DNA of 62,653 bases, counting the filler, from Stramenopiles sp. TOSAG23-2 (Eukaryota): the NCBI GenBank assembly GCA_900128395.1. It is 8 parts of 8 records of this genome, joined end to end, with 100 filler letters (N's around TTAATTAATTAA, not from the genome) between each part and the next. Parts side by side here need not be neighbours in the genome. Positions count along the whole stretch, not along the records: positions 1 to 11,513 come from LT649924.1; positions 11,614 to 23,124 come from LT649925.1; 6 more parts are not named here. One strand, given 5' to 3'. Of this stretch, positions 11,401 to 20,780 are shown piece by piece. The translations under genes and the position numbers were made by a program. The notes under the pieces are model-generated. The model saw only the letters and a list, made by a program, of their open reading frames with translations. It did no database searches and was not told where the DNA came from. The first letter of the stretch is position 1; every line of letters starts with the position of its first letter.

Positions 11401-11444
11401 TAATAATATAGAAGTGTAGCCGTTAAATAAACAAAAATGGGCAT
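8430..11444 (-). CDS. Type I membrane protein: signal peptide, FG-GAP beta-propeller, fibronectin type III repeats, TM, short tail
   Basis: Repeated FG/YG..GA motifs (YFGNAV, NYGASV, FFGSAI, HFGKSI..VIGA, FFGFSV..LIGAH, YFGASI, RFGSAL); FN3 motifs (L.NGISYSVKMYATNWAG, LVNSIPYNVTIQAVNWQG); C-terminal TM. Confidence 0.8.
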   Translation of the reverse strand: MPIFVYLTATLLYYYCFIILILPCQAGIIDRYNQDFPTTRFEPDGTLYGNEYFGNAVDLLTYGGSSCFKQGCRILSNPYSSNNNNNNTNTNINSKIILNITTNKNIESCFDMCLETNKTNLIQNSIPTERLSCEWNRIDKICSVSNVENVYCWNGINYTDYYTYINAPNIPCTSKSLCSNNNSNYFSFQYSKESNNNNNNHGNVHKRCDIRSRNELLLIGAKNDGVSNTIQNSGASSLYIRKPFTNGTWELVDTVKPNGVDSLLQNDNYGASVHIFNKEYIFISATHDDIPGHTNQYNTGVVYFFKVNYELKSTSADGTYNNEISSINIIENQKIYSPLLIEQEFFGSAIGSDGQQWLAVASLGKSPSPGSVYVYKLNITNTTNPQFTYFQTLTVNETTATIHFGKSISISGKTMVIGADAENVGSKLNQGCVYIYELNNNTSWVLKDKITPNDGAANDFFGFSVSLNNDDQLLIGAHHDDNIKGGVNPGSVYYYERVYMSSSWIEKQKIILPASDTDNYFGASISHSRFGENVAIGATGDISKNGSVYIYTYDRAQNQYVKMKKITHSNATMVDYHRFGSALKFSNNMIVVGAELNNNVQHNKANTGMVDLFNFKPTSPSSQSIKSFNVVNTYIEIEIIPLDTTTSYQPVIEYVATTGQNACEFQQSGNCWKRHFNTKSSTLNINNRRYYNSNNPLCNECDNYTKSLVEQNNINYTLILNMTNLMNGEPYYISMAARSKYGCGPSTIFYGPFIPAQRPNQMVNLVAVPDDRTLDVTAPIPTWNGGAAITLYTAILSPRGTILTNSVEPKFQFVGLDNGISYSVKMYATNWAGDSYLSSASNSVVPAEIPGSPILRTSTVEDSGFIVYYDKPLWDGGGDILYYLLIVFLDGNGIILGNSTDTKTSIRVRNLVNSIPYNVTIQAVNWQGGGNYSEFIQLRPMAPPESPVTSDELTFASYALIVLVSLLVVGTAIGIIKNQCDKIAEKKRLMKVAPLVNNRKYFTD

Positions 11445-11513
11445 ATTAAATTAACTGATAATAAAATTTCAACAATAAAAATATTTTAATAAGTATTATA
11501 CGTGGTATATATA

Positions 11514-11613
11514 NNNNNNNNNNNNNNNNNNNNNNNNNNNNNNNNNNNNNNNNNNNNTTAATTAATTAANNNNNNNNNNNNNNNNNNNNNNNNNNNNNNN
11601 NNNNNNNNNNNNN
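11514..11613. other. Artificial contig linker
   Basis: N44-TTAATTAATTAA-N44 (stops in all six frames). Confidence 0.98.
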
Positions 11614-11675
11614 TTGAGCATATTACTTTAACACGAGAAGTGTAAAAATATTATAACTTAGATTTTAAACATCAT
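11614..11675 (+). repeat. Dispersed repeat family A, 3' fragment
   Basis: TTGAGCATATTACTTTAACACGAGAAGTGTAAAAATATTATAACTTAGATTTTAA matches the copies at 34829, 35093 and 60740. Confidence 0.85.
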
Positions 11676-12185
11676 TATTAAAATATATAAAAAATTCTCC
11701 TATTTATTATAAATTAAAGATTTTATTATTTACTCAAATGTTATATTCACTATATATATTATATCATATATATGTGTAGTTACCAGAAGTAATTAATACT
11801 ATGATATTACCTAAACAGAATTGCATACAATAAAAGAGTGTGGAAGAATTATTTATATATATTGTGTAGATCCCGGGGAATCAAGAGGTTGCTTTTGTTT
11901 CTTTTTAGCTGGTCGTCGTAGCCCCTTAACTCGCGATGCTATACTTTGTGAACCAGAAGTGTCATTAGTGGGTAAATTTCGCTTCATATATATATATATA
12001 CTTCCTATAATAAATTACGAGTGTAGGATACTCGTATCATAGCAGTTAATAATCTAAAAAAACAAGTTACGGGTGTGTATTAAAATAATAATTTTACGCT
12101 CGTACTTCCCGTGCGGTAAATATGACCTACTCCTCAGTACAAAGTATGTACGTGTGCTCATTAACTCTCTCGGTCACTTATAGGC

Positions 12186-15100
12186 CTATGTGGTTGTAGT
12201 GGCAGTTGATGATGTCATCTCCGTTAGTTCAATCTCTACTAACTCACTTGTACGATTAGCAGCATTTGCACCTGCAACATCTTGTTTACAGATAGGGCAG
12301 CATCTGTTATCCTGAAACCACATGTCTATACATTCCGCATGGAAACTATGATTACAATGCAATCTTCGTAATGTCTCGCCTTTGCAATATTCAGAAATAC
12401 AGATGGAACACATCATATCTCCAAATTTTAAATCATCATCTTCAACACCTTCTTCGTTTCTACCTTTGTACTGCCAGGTGTAAAGTGTATTGAGTTCATC
12501 ATTGGTTACACCAGCACGAAGTAAACCTTGGTCGCGTCCAATTAAATCTTGTACTTGGTTGTTTAAATGCCGACGGTATTTTAACGTGTAATATACTATT
12601 AAACCAAACGACATAATAAACGCACCGGCAAACACCAGTAGAAAATCTCCATTGCTTTCATCATCCTCTCTATATGCATTATCTCTCCCGTCTCCATTTC
12701 GATCTGTTTGGGAGTTTAAACATTTCGTATTGCTACCAAAACAAACTCCATCGCAATCTTTTAAAGCATTGTTTCCACCACATATGCCACAATCATCTAA
12801 AACTTGGCCATTTTGACAGTGAATGACACATTTACTTTTATCGGTGACCGCTTCTCGTTTCGTCGTTCCCCCACTACACATTCTGCACACATCTAATTTT
12901 GCTTTACCTTGGCATACATTGGCACAGTCAAGCGATGTGTCATAATCGATTCCAGAAGTTCCCCCGGTACAGATTTCACACGAATCTTTCACCGCGTACC
13001 CGAAACACTTTCCCATGCAATCCTTTCCCGCATTAGCATTGTTTTCAATCATGCAAGCACCACATGTTGGCTGTTGTATGTGATTACATGTAACAGAATC
13101 CCGATTATCAACGACAAATGTCAATGGAGTTCGCTCAAATGCAGGTTTAGCAATGTCACAGGCTTCTCCCGGAGGTTTAGTAACGCAATCATTTACAGTT
13201 TCTTCATGTACACTGTATAGGGGCAACTCAAATTTATTGTCACCAACAACGATCGCAACATTAACTGTAAAGGTCAAATTTTGAAAAGACATTTTATTGT
13301 TATCATCTGAGTAGCCACTAGCGAAATGTGAAGGTACTGTGCATGATATTTCATCATTAACACTGGAATATGTAGCTGGCACATAAAATTCACCGAATCT
13401 GCATTGTAAACTGGTGCTACTGAACAATTCTTCATTTGCGCATTTTAATTTTTCTATCATTGTTACCTTAAAAAGACTCCCAGGCTTACCACATTTTGTT
13501 TCTGTACATGCAAAATTGGGGGATGGGCAAAACGTCACTAAACTATTCTTTTGTATCGTACCGCTTGCTGTGCCACTGTTTAATAGTATATCGTTAATTG
13601 TATGTCCTTTTTGTTTATCTCTAAGACCAAATAGCGATGGCTTATGTGGTATTGGTACATCTATGTCATCATAAAATATTTGAATAGTCCCATCTGAGTA
13701 AAGCCGTGTTAAAAATGTATATCTAGGACTACTAGTTGGGGTTGCACTTTGTTGAAACAATGGTATATTTTTATACATGATATCCACAAAGCCATTACCG
13801 GGATCTTTTCGATAGTAAATTTTTGAATCATCAAATTCTTTTGGATTTAAATCAGTCACCAAACTTGCAATTAAATTATTGTACGCAGTGTGAAAGGAGC
13901 AATCGTATGCCATGAATGTATTACTACATTGGTTTGTGTCATCAAATTGGATTGCGCCATTTGGGTTTACCCAGATTTGTTTATAATTTTCATCGTAAAA
14001 CTGAAACAAAAACGGTAAGTCTACTTTTGATAATGGGTAATCATCAACATCACTTACCGATAACATTTCAAACCCGGCAACAGTTGGATAATCAATATAT
14101 ATTTTCGCAATTTTTGCAAAATTATTATCATATTTCACCAAGGTTCGATTATCGCTTATCCATACAAAATAATCTTTTGATATTGGATACTGAGATTGTT
14201 TTCCTAATTCAATAGGCGCTGTTTCGCAAAAATTAGCAGCGATATGTTTACAGCATTTAATTGAGTTTCCATTACTGTTTGTCTTACTACTACACGTGTC
14301 TACAGTGCAAGGGTCGTCATCGTTACAGTCGCTGTTCGATTTGCATTGTGCCAACGAAATTTTCGCTAGGGCGTTATTTTTTGACAAGAAACCAGCGGTT
14401 GATAAAGATACATCTGATTTTAAATCATTGACGTTTACTGCATCTGTACAAACTGCATATAAATGTTTTGCTTTGCAAAGAACTTTTGAGTTTGTATTAC
14501 CGGTCAGCCGAGTATCGATTGCAGTTGCACCATTGCATATTTGATCTACGCGTGTTACACCTTTATTCATACAAAAACTTTTATATTGAACACCAGTATA
14601 TAATCGCCGACATTCAGTATTACACGTGCAATCTAAGAGTCCACCTTCGATATTATATTGGCATGGCTTCAAACACATTCCATTCGTGCTATGCACGGAA
14701 AATTTAAAACATTCCTCATCAATACTACAATCATTATCTGCTGAGCATGCCATGCAAACCGTATGGCACGTTTCAACTGATTCACACTGGCGATCACCTA
14801 AAAAAATTTCAATATTTGCAGCATCCTTACCAAAATCTTTTCCCAGCACTTCAACGGTTGTAGAGCGCAAAATATTGGCTGCGTGTATTTCGGGAAAGAT
14901 GGCGTGACTACTAACATAATTGTCAACTATACAAGAATACACAGGGGCTACATTTCCTAAATTATGTTGACTTGCGAGCTGTTCAGTAACTTGTTGTTTC
15001 CAACCGCCATTATAATATCCACTACTTCTTCCAAAACCTGTTGCGAAACATTTTTTTTTCTCCCAATCGCAATACGCAGTTTGTTCACAACAACCTAGTT

Positions 15101-15380
15101 TACCATAACTTACAAAATTGAAATCGTGTGCAATTTTTGTCAGCGTGGCTTCGTTCCAAGCAATTGGCTGTAGTTTTTCAGTAGGTTTCATATTATATTG
15201 ACGACATGTAGTAGCATGAGAAGTCCCATTAACATTATTTAAAGGTGCCAATACGAAATATATTCGATTAATACGAGATGTGGTTGTTTTTTGACTAATA
15301 ACATGATTTAAAAAATATGAAATGAGAATAATGAAAATGTTTTTTAAAAAAACAATTATCGGTTTATTAGTTTGGCGCAT
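12186..15380 (-). CDS. Receptor-like RING-H2 E3 ligase: signal peptide, IPT/TIG-like, Cys-rich repeats, NIDO-like domain, DCxGxCxG repeats, TM, RING-H2
   Basis: LPFLFQFYDENYKQIWVNPNGAIQF..IASLVTDLNP (NIDO-like); CNDDDPCTVDTC; DCANVCQG and DDCGICGG repeats; TM FLLVFAGAFIMSFGLIVYY; CSICISEY..LRRLHCNHSFHAECIDMWFQDNRCCPICK. Confidence 0.85.
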   Translation of the reverse strand: MRQTNKPIIVFLKNIFIILISYFLNHVISQKTTTSRINRIYFVLAPLNNVNGTSHATTCRQYNMKPTEKLQPIAWNEATLTKIAHDFNFVSYGKLGCCEQTAYCDWEKKKCFATGFGRSSGYYNGGWKQQVTEQLASQHNLGNVAPVYSCIVDNYVSSHAIFPEIHAANILRSTTVEVLGKDFGKDAANIEIFLGDRQCESVETCHTVCMACSADNDCSIDEECFKFSVHSTNGMCLKPCQYNIEGGLLDCTCNTECRRLYTGVQYKSFCMNKGVTRVDQICNGATAIDTRLTGNTNSKVLCKAKHLYAVCTDAVNVNDLKSDVSLSTAGFLSKNNALAKISLAQCKSNSDCNDDDPCTVDTCSSKTNSNGNSIKCCKHIAANFCETAPIELGKQSQYPISKDYFVWISDNRTLVKYDNNFAKIAKIYIDYPTVAGFEMLSVSDVDDYPLSKVDLPFLFQFYDENYKQIWVNPNGAIQFDDTNQCSNTFMAYDCSFHTAYNNLIASLVTDLNPKEFDDSKIYYRKDPGNGFVDIMYKNIPLFQQSATPTSSPRYTFLTRLYSDGTIQIFYDDIDVPIPHKPSLFGLRDKQKGHTINDILLNSGTASGTIQKNSLVTFCPSPNFACTETKCGKPGSLFKVTMIEKLKCANEELFSSTSLQCRFGEFYVPATYSSVNDEISCTVPSHFASGYSDDNNKMSFQNLTFTVNVAIVVGDNKFELPLYSVHEETVNDCVTKPPGEACDIAKPAFERTPLTFVVDNRDSVTCNHIQQPTCGACMIENNANAGKDCMGKCFGYAVKDSCEICTGGTSGIDYDTSLDCANVCQGKAKLDVCRMCSGGTTKREAVTDKSKCVIHCQNGQVLDDCGICGGNNALKDCDGVCFGSNTKCLNSQTDRNGDGRDNAYREDDESNGDFLLVFAGAFIMSFGLIVYYTLKYRRHLNNQVQDLIGRDQGLLRAGVTNDELNTLYTWQYKGRNEEGVEDDDLKFGDMMCSICISEYCKGETLRRLHCNHSFHAECIDMWFQDNRCCPICKQDVAGANAANRTSELVEIELTEMTSSTATTTT

Positions 15381-15523
15381 AGTTGTGTAAAAAGTTAATG
15401 TATCTTCGTCAGCTCCAGCTGCAAGATATTATATATACCTTAACCATATTTATATAAAATATCATACGCATTAATGGTGTAATTTCTCAATTTTTGCGTT
15501 GTCTTTCATTTTTTTCTCTCTCC

Positions 15524-18502
15524 CTAAATAAAATATTCTTCTGTATCTGTCACAACTTCATCAACTATTAACTCTTCTAAACCAGTCTTTTGAGAAAATC
15601 GACGATGTGTCGTAATATCTGAATTATCTTGTGATTCATACCTCAAAATTATAACTTTTAATGAAGTTAAAGGCAATGCTTTTAAGCGCTTAATTTTTCT
15701 TTGCTGTGGTATAATTTCATACATAGACGAGCCACATCCAATTAAAACATTATTCAAATTAAATATCAAAGAGCGTATATTGAATTGTGTTTGTGACCCG
15801 GCAATTACATTACCTACACTAAATTGACGATTTGCCCATTTCATATCAAATAAACCTTGTTTTTCTACCCAAAAATAAAAAATCGTTCCACCCCACGGAC
15901 CACCCTCAAGTGGAGGAGAAGCAAACGAAGTTACACCACGCCGATGTGTCTCAGCAACTAATGTACATTTGCCACTGTGAATATCAATCGACACAATTGC
16001 ATCGGAGTAAAGACCTAATACATCTGGAGAGCATTTCATTAAACCATATAGCGTATCACAACCATCTAACCATCTACCAAAGGTTATATCAACGATATCA
16101 ATATCAAATGAATAATCATGCCGTTTATCATAAAATTTTAATGCCCCCAATGTAAGAGTATTGCCAGTGTTGGGATCGATTTTGAGCAAAATATCGCTAT
16201 TGCTAACGCCAAACACTTGACCATTGCTTGATGATGCGAGTGCGTTCAGATTTGGAACAGATTTTCCTATTTTTGTCATATCATTAAAATCATCCGAATT
16301 TGAGAGATATAACTGACCAATCCGTGTATGCATAGAACCTCCAGATATACTTCCCCTATGTGCAGCACTACCTAGCAAAAGATATCGCGAGACAAGATGT
16401 TTATTCCCGCTTTGGTTATTATTTTGATTTGGCGCAGAAAAGTCATGAAAGGACTCATAATAGGTTGACTGAGATGGTTTTCCACCTCCAAATTTATCGG
16501 TACCTTGCTCATGTACCAACAACGAACCTACGGACGTTTGCCGTCTCATTTTTTTATTTCTAAGCATACTACCTCTACGATTGTTTGAAGTCGCATCTAC
16601 AGGGGGTTCATTTCTTCCTACAACAGAAGGCGTAGTAGGGAATGATTTGTTTTCGTCGGCAATATCATCAGATTCTACTTCTGGTGCATGTAATGAATCT
16701 TCTTCTTCTGCTAGATAATATTCATCAACTTTTAGATCATTCCTATTATTGATTGTTGTATTTTGCATCGGGTTATACGCATTATTGATTGTTGTTGTTT
16801 CAAACATATTGGCCGGTATTGTAGGAACATGATTGGTATACGCCTGCTGATTTTGTGACAATGCAAGCGGTGATGATGGTGGCTGTTGTCCATGATAACG
16901 CATTAAATATTGTTGCTGCTGTTGTTGATGATAATACGCTTGCTGTTGCGCTTCCATTCGAGCATAATAAGCATGCTGCATCCAACTCCATGCATTCGCT
17001 TCAGCTTGATATCTCCGTTCACGTTCTGCCATGACAAAATATTCCCAATCTTCCCTTTCAAATTGTCTTTGATAATACATAGGCTGCACAGAAGTTTTTG
17101 TCGTGGAAGGTGAGGATGACGTTTTTTGTGAAGACACTGGCGAAGTTAATTTTGGTGGTGACTTATCAATATTGTTTTGAGTTCCCTTATTTTTGGTTTT
17201 ATTAGAAACAAAGTTTACTTTTTTCTTCTTTTTCTTATTTTTTTTCTGTTTTTTCATTTTTTTATCAACAACCATTCTATTAATCTGTTGTTGTTGGTGG
17301 TGTTGCTGCTGCGGTGATGATGATTCATCCGAAACCTCCGCAACATAAACTTCAGGACCAAGATCTTCCCATTTTTCAACGCTATCATTATTCGTTTGAA
17401 CGTCCTCTTCCTCTGTTGCCATGTTTCCAAATGGTAAAACATCATTACCAGATACTCCAAAAAGATCGCCATCTTGGGTAAAATACAATGATGTAAGTCT
17501 TCTCCTTTTATAATGGGACGGTGTTTCCTTTGTTACAAGTTCAATTCTATTATTGCCAAACCAATGCACTTCGTGTAATCCTAATTTCCTTGACCAAAAC
17601 AAAAAAGCAATATCTTGTTGTGGTCCCAACAATTCATACGGAGAAGCAATCGCATCGACATCGTGACAACCAGTTGCTAATATTAAATCTACTTGTTTCG
17701 TTTTTGGATTTATACGACAAATACTATCAGTTCCTAATAACTCATGACCATAGTTACATTCTGCAATGCCATACAATGTGCATTCGCCATCATCCATACA
17801 AGTCGAATATGTTAAAGATTTTATATTTAATTGAGCATATTTTACATTACTGAATCGTATGGAGATTTCTGTGGAAGGAAAGATACTAGAAGATTTTGTA
17901 TTAGAAATATCTCTTTCTAAAGTAACAAGTAAACTTCGAGAAATGCCATTTCTTGATATTTTTCTTATACCAATTAACTCATGCGTCAGCGGATGAATAG
18001 CTACACATTCTAATGGCATCTTGCTATATCCTATACGTTTCCATTCCCCACCATTGAATTTCTGCGTTGTCTCATAAATACCCCCGTATTCATCACATTG
18101 GACCATGTGCGGCACGTCACTTTTCTCTTGGTATATATTATTTTTTCGTGGAGAAGAATTATTAGTATTATTATAAAAACTATCCTTCATATTATTACTG
18201 CCATATAGTTGTGATTCATGTGCGACATCGGTATGATTCTGTTCTTGGTGCTGAAATGAGGAGGAGATCGTTGATGGATAATTGTGTGACGATGACGTTT
18301 TATTGACAAAAGTATTTACATTGGATTCTAAATTTTGAAATTGAATATCTAAAATGGTTTCCATATTAATCCATTTATTAATTTCAGTTGACATAAAGAC
18401 ACTATCAACTGGAATAAAACCACTTTCAATTAGTTCAAATAACGTTTTCGTCGGCATAGGACCCTTTTCAACGCCACTTGGATATTTTACTTTCCACATC
18501 AT
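15524..18502 (-). CDS. Protein with a GYF_2-like N-terminus and two homologous beta-propeller-like domains
   Basis: WKVKYPSGVEKGPMPTKTLFELIESGFI..W at the N-terminus; duplicated TLYG..D.I..I....ASP..GP....F.FW...GL...W module flanking a Gln/Lys-rich linker. Confidence 0.6.
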   Translation of the reverse strand: MMWKVKYPSGVEKGPMPTKTLFELIESGFIPVDSVFMSTEINKWINMETILDIQFQNLESNVNTFVNKTSSSHNYPSTISSSFQHQEQNHTDVAHESQLYGSNNMKDSFYNNTNNSSPRKNNIYQEKSDVPHMVQCDEYGGIYETTQKFNGGEWKRIGYSKMPLECVAIHPLTHELIGIRKISRNGISRSLLVTLERDISNTKSSSIFPSTEISIRFSNVKYAQLNIKSLTYSTCMDDGECTLYGIAECNYGHELLGTDSICRINPKTKQVDLILATGCHDVDAIASPYELLGPQQDIAFLFWSRKLGLHEVHWFGNNRIELVTKETPSHYKRRRLTSLYFTQDGDLFGVSGNDVLPFGNMATEEEDVQTNNDSVEKWEDLGPEVYVAEVSDESSSPQQQHHQQQQINRMVVDKKMKKQKKNKKKKKKVNFVSNKTKNKGTQNNIDKSPPKLTSPVSSQKTSSSPSTTKTSVQPMYYQRQFEREDWEYFVMAERERRYQAEANAWSWMQHAYYARMEAQQQAYYHQQQQQQYLMRYHGQQPPSSPLALSQNQQAYTNHVPTIPANMFETTTINNAYNPMQNTTINNRNDLKVDEYYLAEEEDSLHAPEVESDDIADENKSFPTTPSVVGRNEPPVDATSNNRRGSMLRNKKMRRQTSVGSLLVHEQGTDKFGGGKPSQSTYYESFHDFSAPNQNNNQSGNKHLVSRYLLLGSAAHRGSISGGSMHTRIGQLYLSNSDDFNDMTKIGKSVPNLNALASSSNGQVFGVSNSDILLKIDPNTGNTLTLGALKFYDKRHDYSFDIDIVDITFGRWLDGCDTLYGLMKCSPDVLGLYSDAIVSIDIHSGKCTLVAETHRRGVTSFASPPLEGGPWGGTIFYFWVEKQGLFDMKWANRQFSVGNVIAGSQTQFNIRSLIFNLNNVLIGCGSSMYEIIPQQRKIKRLKALPLTSLKVIILRYESQDNSDITTHRRFSQKTGLEELIVDEVVTDTEEYFI

Positions 18503-18731
18503 CTTGTTTCTGTATTTCCTTATATGTACAATATTTTTTTAAATGGGGAATTGTTTGATATAGTGGACTTATAATGATGGACTAGTTATCTATTTCAATG
18601 TATACTGTATATGTTTTAGTGTATATGCACATATATTGGTGTGGTGCTTTTTTTAATAATTAAGGAAATAATATACAACAAAAAACTAAACTCTTTTACT
18701 ATTAAACATCATATTAATCATCTCTCGGGCC

Positions 18732-20780
18732 TTATGTCTTTCCAAATGGCTCTAATTTGCGTCTTCTCGCTCTCAAAAACAATGAAGATGTGGATGAAGG
18801 AATTGCGTTTTCGTTCATATCACCATTCCTGTTATTTATTTTTGGCGCTTGTTCCCAGTATGATTTTAAAGAATTGTCTTCAAAATAATCTGCTTCCGTT
18901 ACAGTTGGGTCGAAATACCACGCAGACAACGGTTTTGAATTACCTGGTAAATTAGGAAATTTCGACTTTCGGCGCCTTTTTCTATTCGGAACAGCTCCAA
19001 ACCTATTGAAATTATTAATTTCGTTATCTTTGACCAGTTCTGGGTTTTTATGAGGAGATTCATTATCATGTGTAATTTCGTTATCTTTGACCAGTTCTTG
19101 GTTTTTATGAGGAGATTCATTATCATGTGAATGGGATCTTTTTTTTCCAGTCAATATATTATTTTTATTTTCTGGTGTAGCTAAAGGTTTCCCATTAACT
19201 TTACTTCTCGGAAATTTTGGCAGTAAACCTTTTCTGGTCCATTTCGTTTTGACTCTGTTCGCATCGTCATCAGGCAAAAAATTAAGAAAGCCATCTAATA
19301 ATTCTGTGTTTTGATGCGGCTGTACAAAATTTTTCTCAGCAAATACTACTAATTTGTTTACATTTAGATCAATTTGGTTTACATATAAATTTATATGGTC
19401 TAAAAATATTTGATGTTTCTGGAACCCAATATATTGTTTCACTTTATATATGAATATTAACGCATGTTTAATTTTTACATCTGTATTCTTCATGTCATAC
19501 ATATCTTCTTTTTGTGGCGCAGTTTCATTTTTCTCGATTGATTCTTCTCGTGTTGATTGCATTGATTTAGCATTTGTCTCCAATGGTACAAAGTTTGACT
19601 TAAAATTCTTTAGATGGTGGTTGTTATCTTTTTTTTCTCGTGGAGCTTTTTCCTCTTCTTTTTGTATTTTTTTATTTGCATCAACATGTCCATCTAGACG
19701 GTCTTGTTCCTCTTGGCTACTAATATTTCTCGTGGATCCTCCTACAATAGGAATACCGTTATAAATGGAAGAGTGAATGGTGCCTTTTAACCATCGTATA
19801 TGTCTTAACCTTTGCAACTCTTCAAGCTCGATTATTTCACATTGCTGATCAACATCGTATTTGATTGTATGTTTCATATCATGATGGTCAAACGCAATAA
19901 CAGTTGCATTATACCATTTATCTTCAAAAAGCACGCTCGCCCTTCGATTGACATATGATTTGAACATGATTTGCTTCTGTTGCAGCTCTGTAAAATCTGT
20001 ACGCAAACTAAATCCCGCAACACATGTACAGTGCCTTTTGCAATTTCTGCAATTGAAACATTTTTTATGATGGCATTTACAAAACGTTGTTTGTGGAACG
20101 AAAATATCTGATTTTCTAGCTTCTTCTAGCACGCGCCTTTCCTCTTCCTCTTTCTCAGCTAAAGTCGCATATCCATTGAGATTTACACTATCCGTATTTA
20201 TTTGGTAATTGTTTTGTGAATCGTTTATATTTACATAGTCAACATTTTTCTTGTCAGTACCGCCGTTCTTTGGATTTTTTGTTGCTGGCTTGGGATTGAA
20301 ATCACTCAATTGCATTGCTACATTCAGTTGTTCTTGTTCTACATCGGAAGTATCTCCACCATCCATTACTTTTGGTTTTGGAACGCTCGGAAAGCTATAC
20401 AACGGGTCGTTGGCATCCCTGTCTATCGCTTGAATCAAACTTTGAATAGGTATCGACTTAGTACCATAACCAGGATCATTGCCATTTTTGCGAAGCACGT
20501 CATTTGATAGTAAATTATCTTCTTCCTCATTGGTAATGGAATTGCTGGAAACATCGTCACCTATATTCTCATCATTCGTTTCACTTACAACGTTACGTGA
20601 TTGTCTACGTATTTCATTGACGACAGTAGAAGACGTATAATAGTCATTATTTAATGTTGTCGCTTGATTTTGTAGATGCTGTTTTGTGAGTTGCTCTTGG
20701 TACAATTTTGTTAATTTGTTCTTATTGTATTTGTTTCGTAACTGCCGAAAGATTTCTTGATCACGTTTTCTATGATTCAT
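18732..20780 (-). CDS. Putative chromatin protein (UIM-like, Cys/His cluster, Tudor-like, PAH-like)
   Basis: EQEQLNVAMQLS; CKCHHKKCFNCRNCKRHCTC; ASVLFEDKWYNATVIAFD..HTIKYD; HALIFIYKVK..LLDGFLNFLP; basic NLSs. Confidence 0.6.
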   Translation of the reverse strand: MNHRKRDQEIFRQLRNKYNKNKLTKLYQEQLTKQHLQNQATTLNNDYYTSSTVVNEIRRQSRNVVSETNDENIGDDVSSNSITNEEEDNLLSNDVLRKNGNDPGYGTKSIPIQSLIQAIDRDANDPLYSFPSVPKPKVMDGGDTSDVEQEQLNVAMQLSDFNPKPATKNPKNGGTDKKNVDYVNINDSQNNYQINTDSVNLNGYATLAEKEEEERRVLEEARKSDIFVPQTTFCKCHHKKCFNCRNCKRHCTCVAGFSLRTDFTELQQKQIMFKSYVNRRASVLFEDKWYNATVIAFDHHDMKHTIKYDVDQQCEIIELEELQRLRHIRWLKGTIHSSIYNGIPIVGGSTRNISSQEEQDRLDGHVDANKKIQKEEEKAPREKKDNNHHLKNFKSNFVPLETNAKSMQSTREESIEKNETAPQKEDMYDMKNTDVKIKHALIFIYKVKQYIGFQKHQIFLDHINLYVNQIDLNVNKLVVFAEKNFVQPHQNTELLDGFLNFLPDDDANRVKTKWTRKGLLPKFPRSKVNGKPLATPENKNNILTGKKRSHSHDNESPHKNQELVKDNEITHDNESPHKNPELVKDNEINNFNRFGAVPNRKRRRKSKFPNLPGNSKPLSAWYFDPTVTEADYFEDNSLKSYWEQAPKINNRNGDMNENAIPSSTSSLFLRARRRKLEPFGKT
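19016..19129. repeat. 57-bp in-frame tandem duplication
   Basis: Two near-identical copies starting at 19016 and 19073, encoding HDNESPHKN(Q/P)ELVKDNEI. Confidence 0.95.

Noticed and set aside
11558-11569. TTAATTAATTAA palindrome repeated seven times, as a biological motif
   Set aside because: It is always centred in 44+44 Ns, so it is a synthetic six-frame-stop linker.
11853-11987. 44-aa minus-strand ORF MKRNLPTND..RRPAKKKQKQP with an NLS-like stretch
   Set aside because: It is too short, with no homology or splice support; it may be a gene relic next to a repeat.
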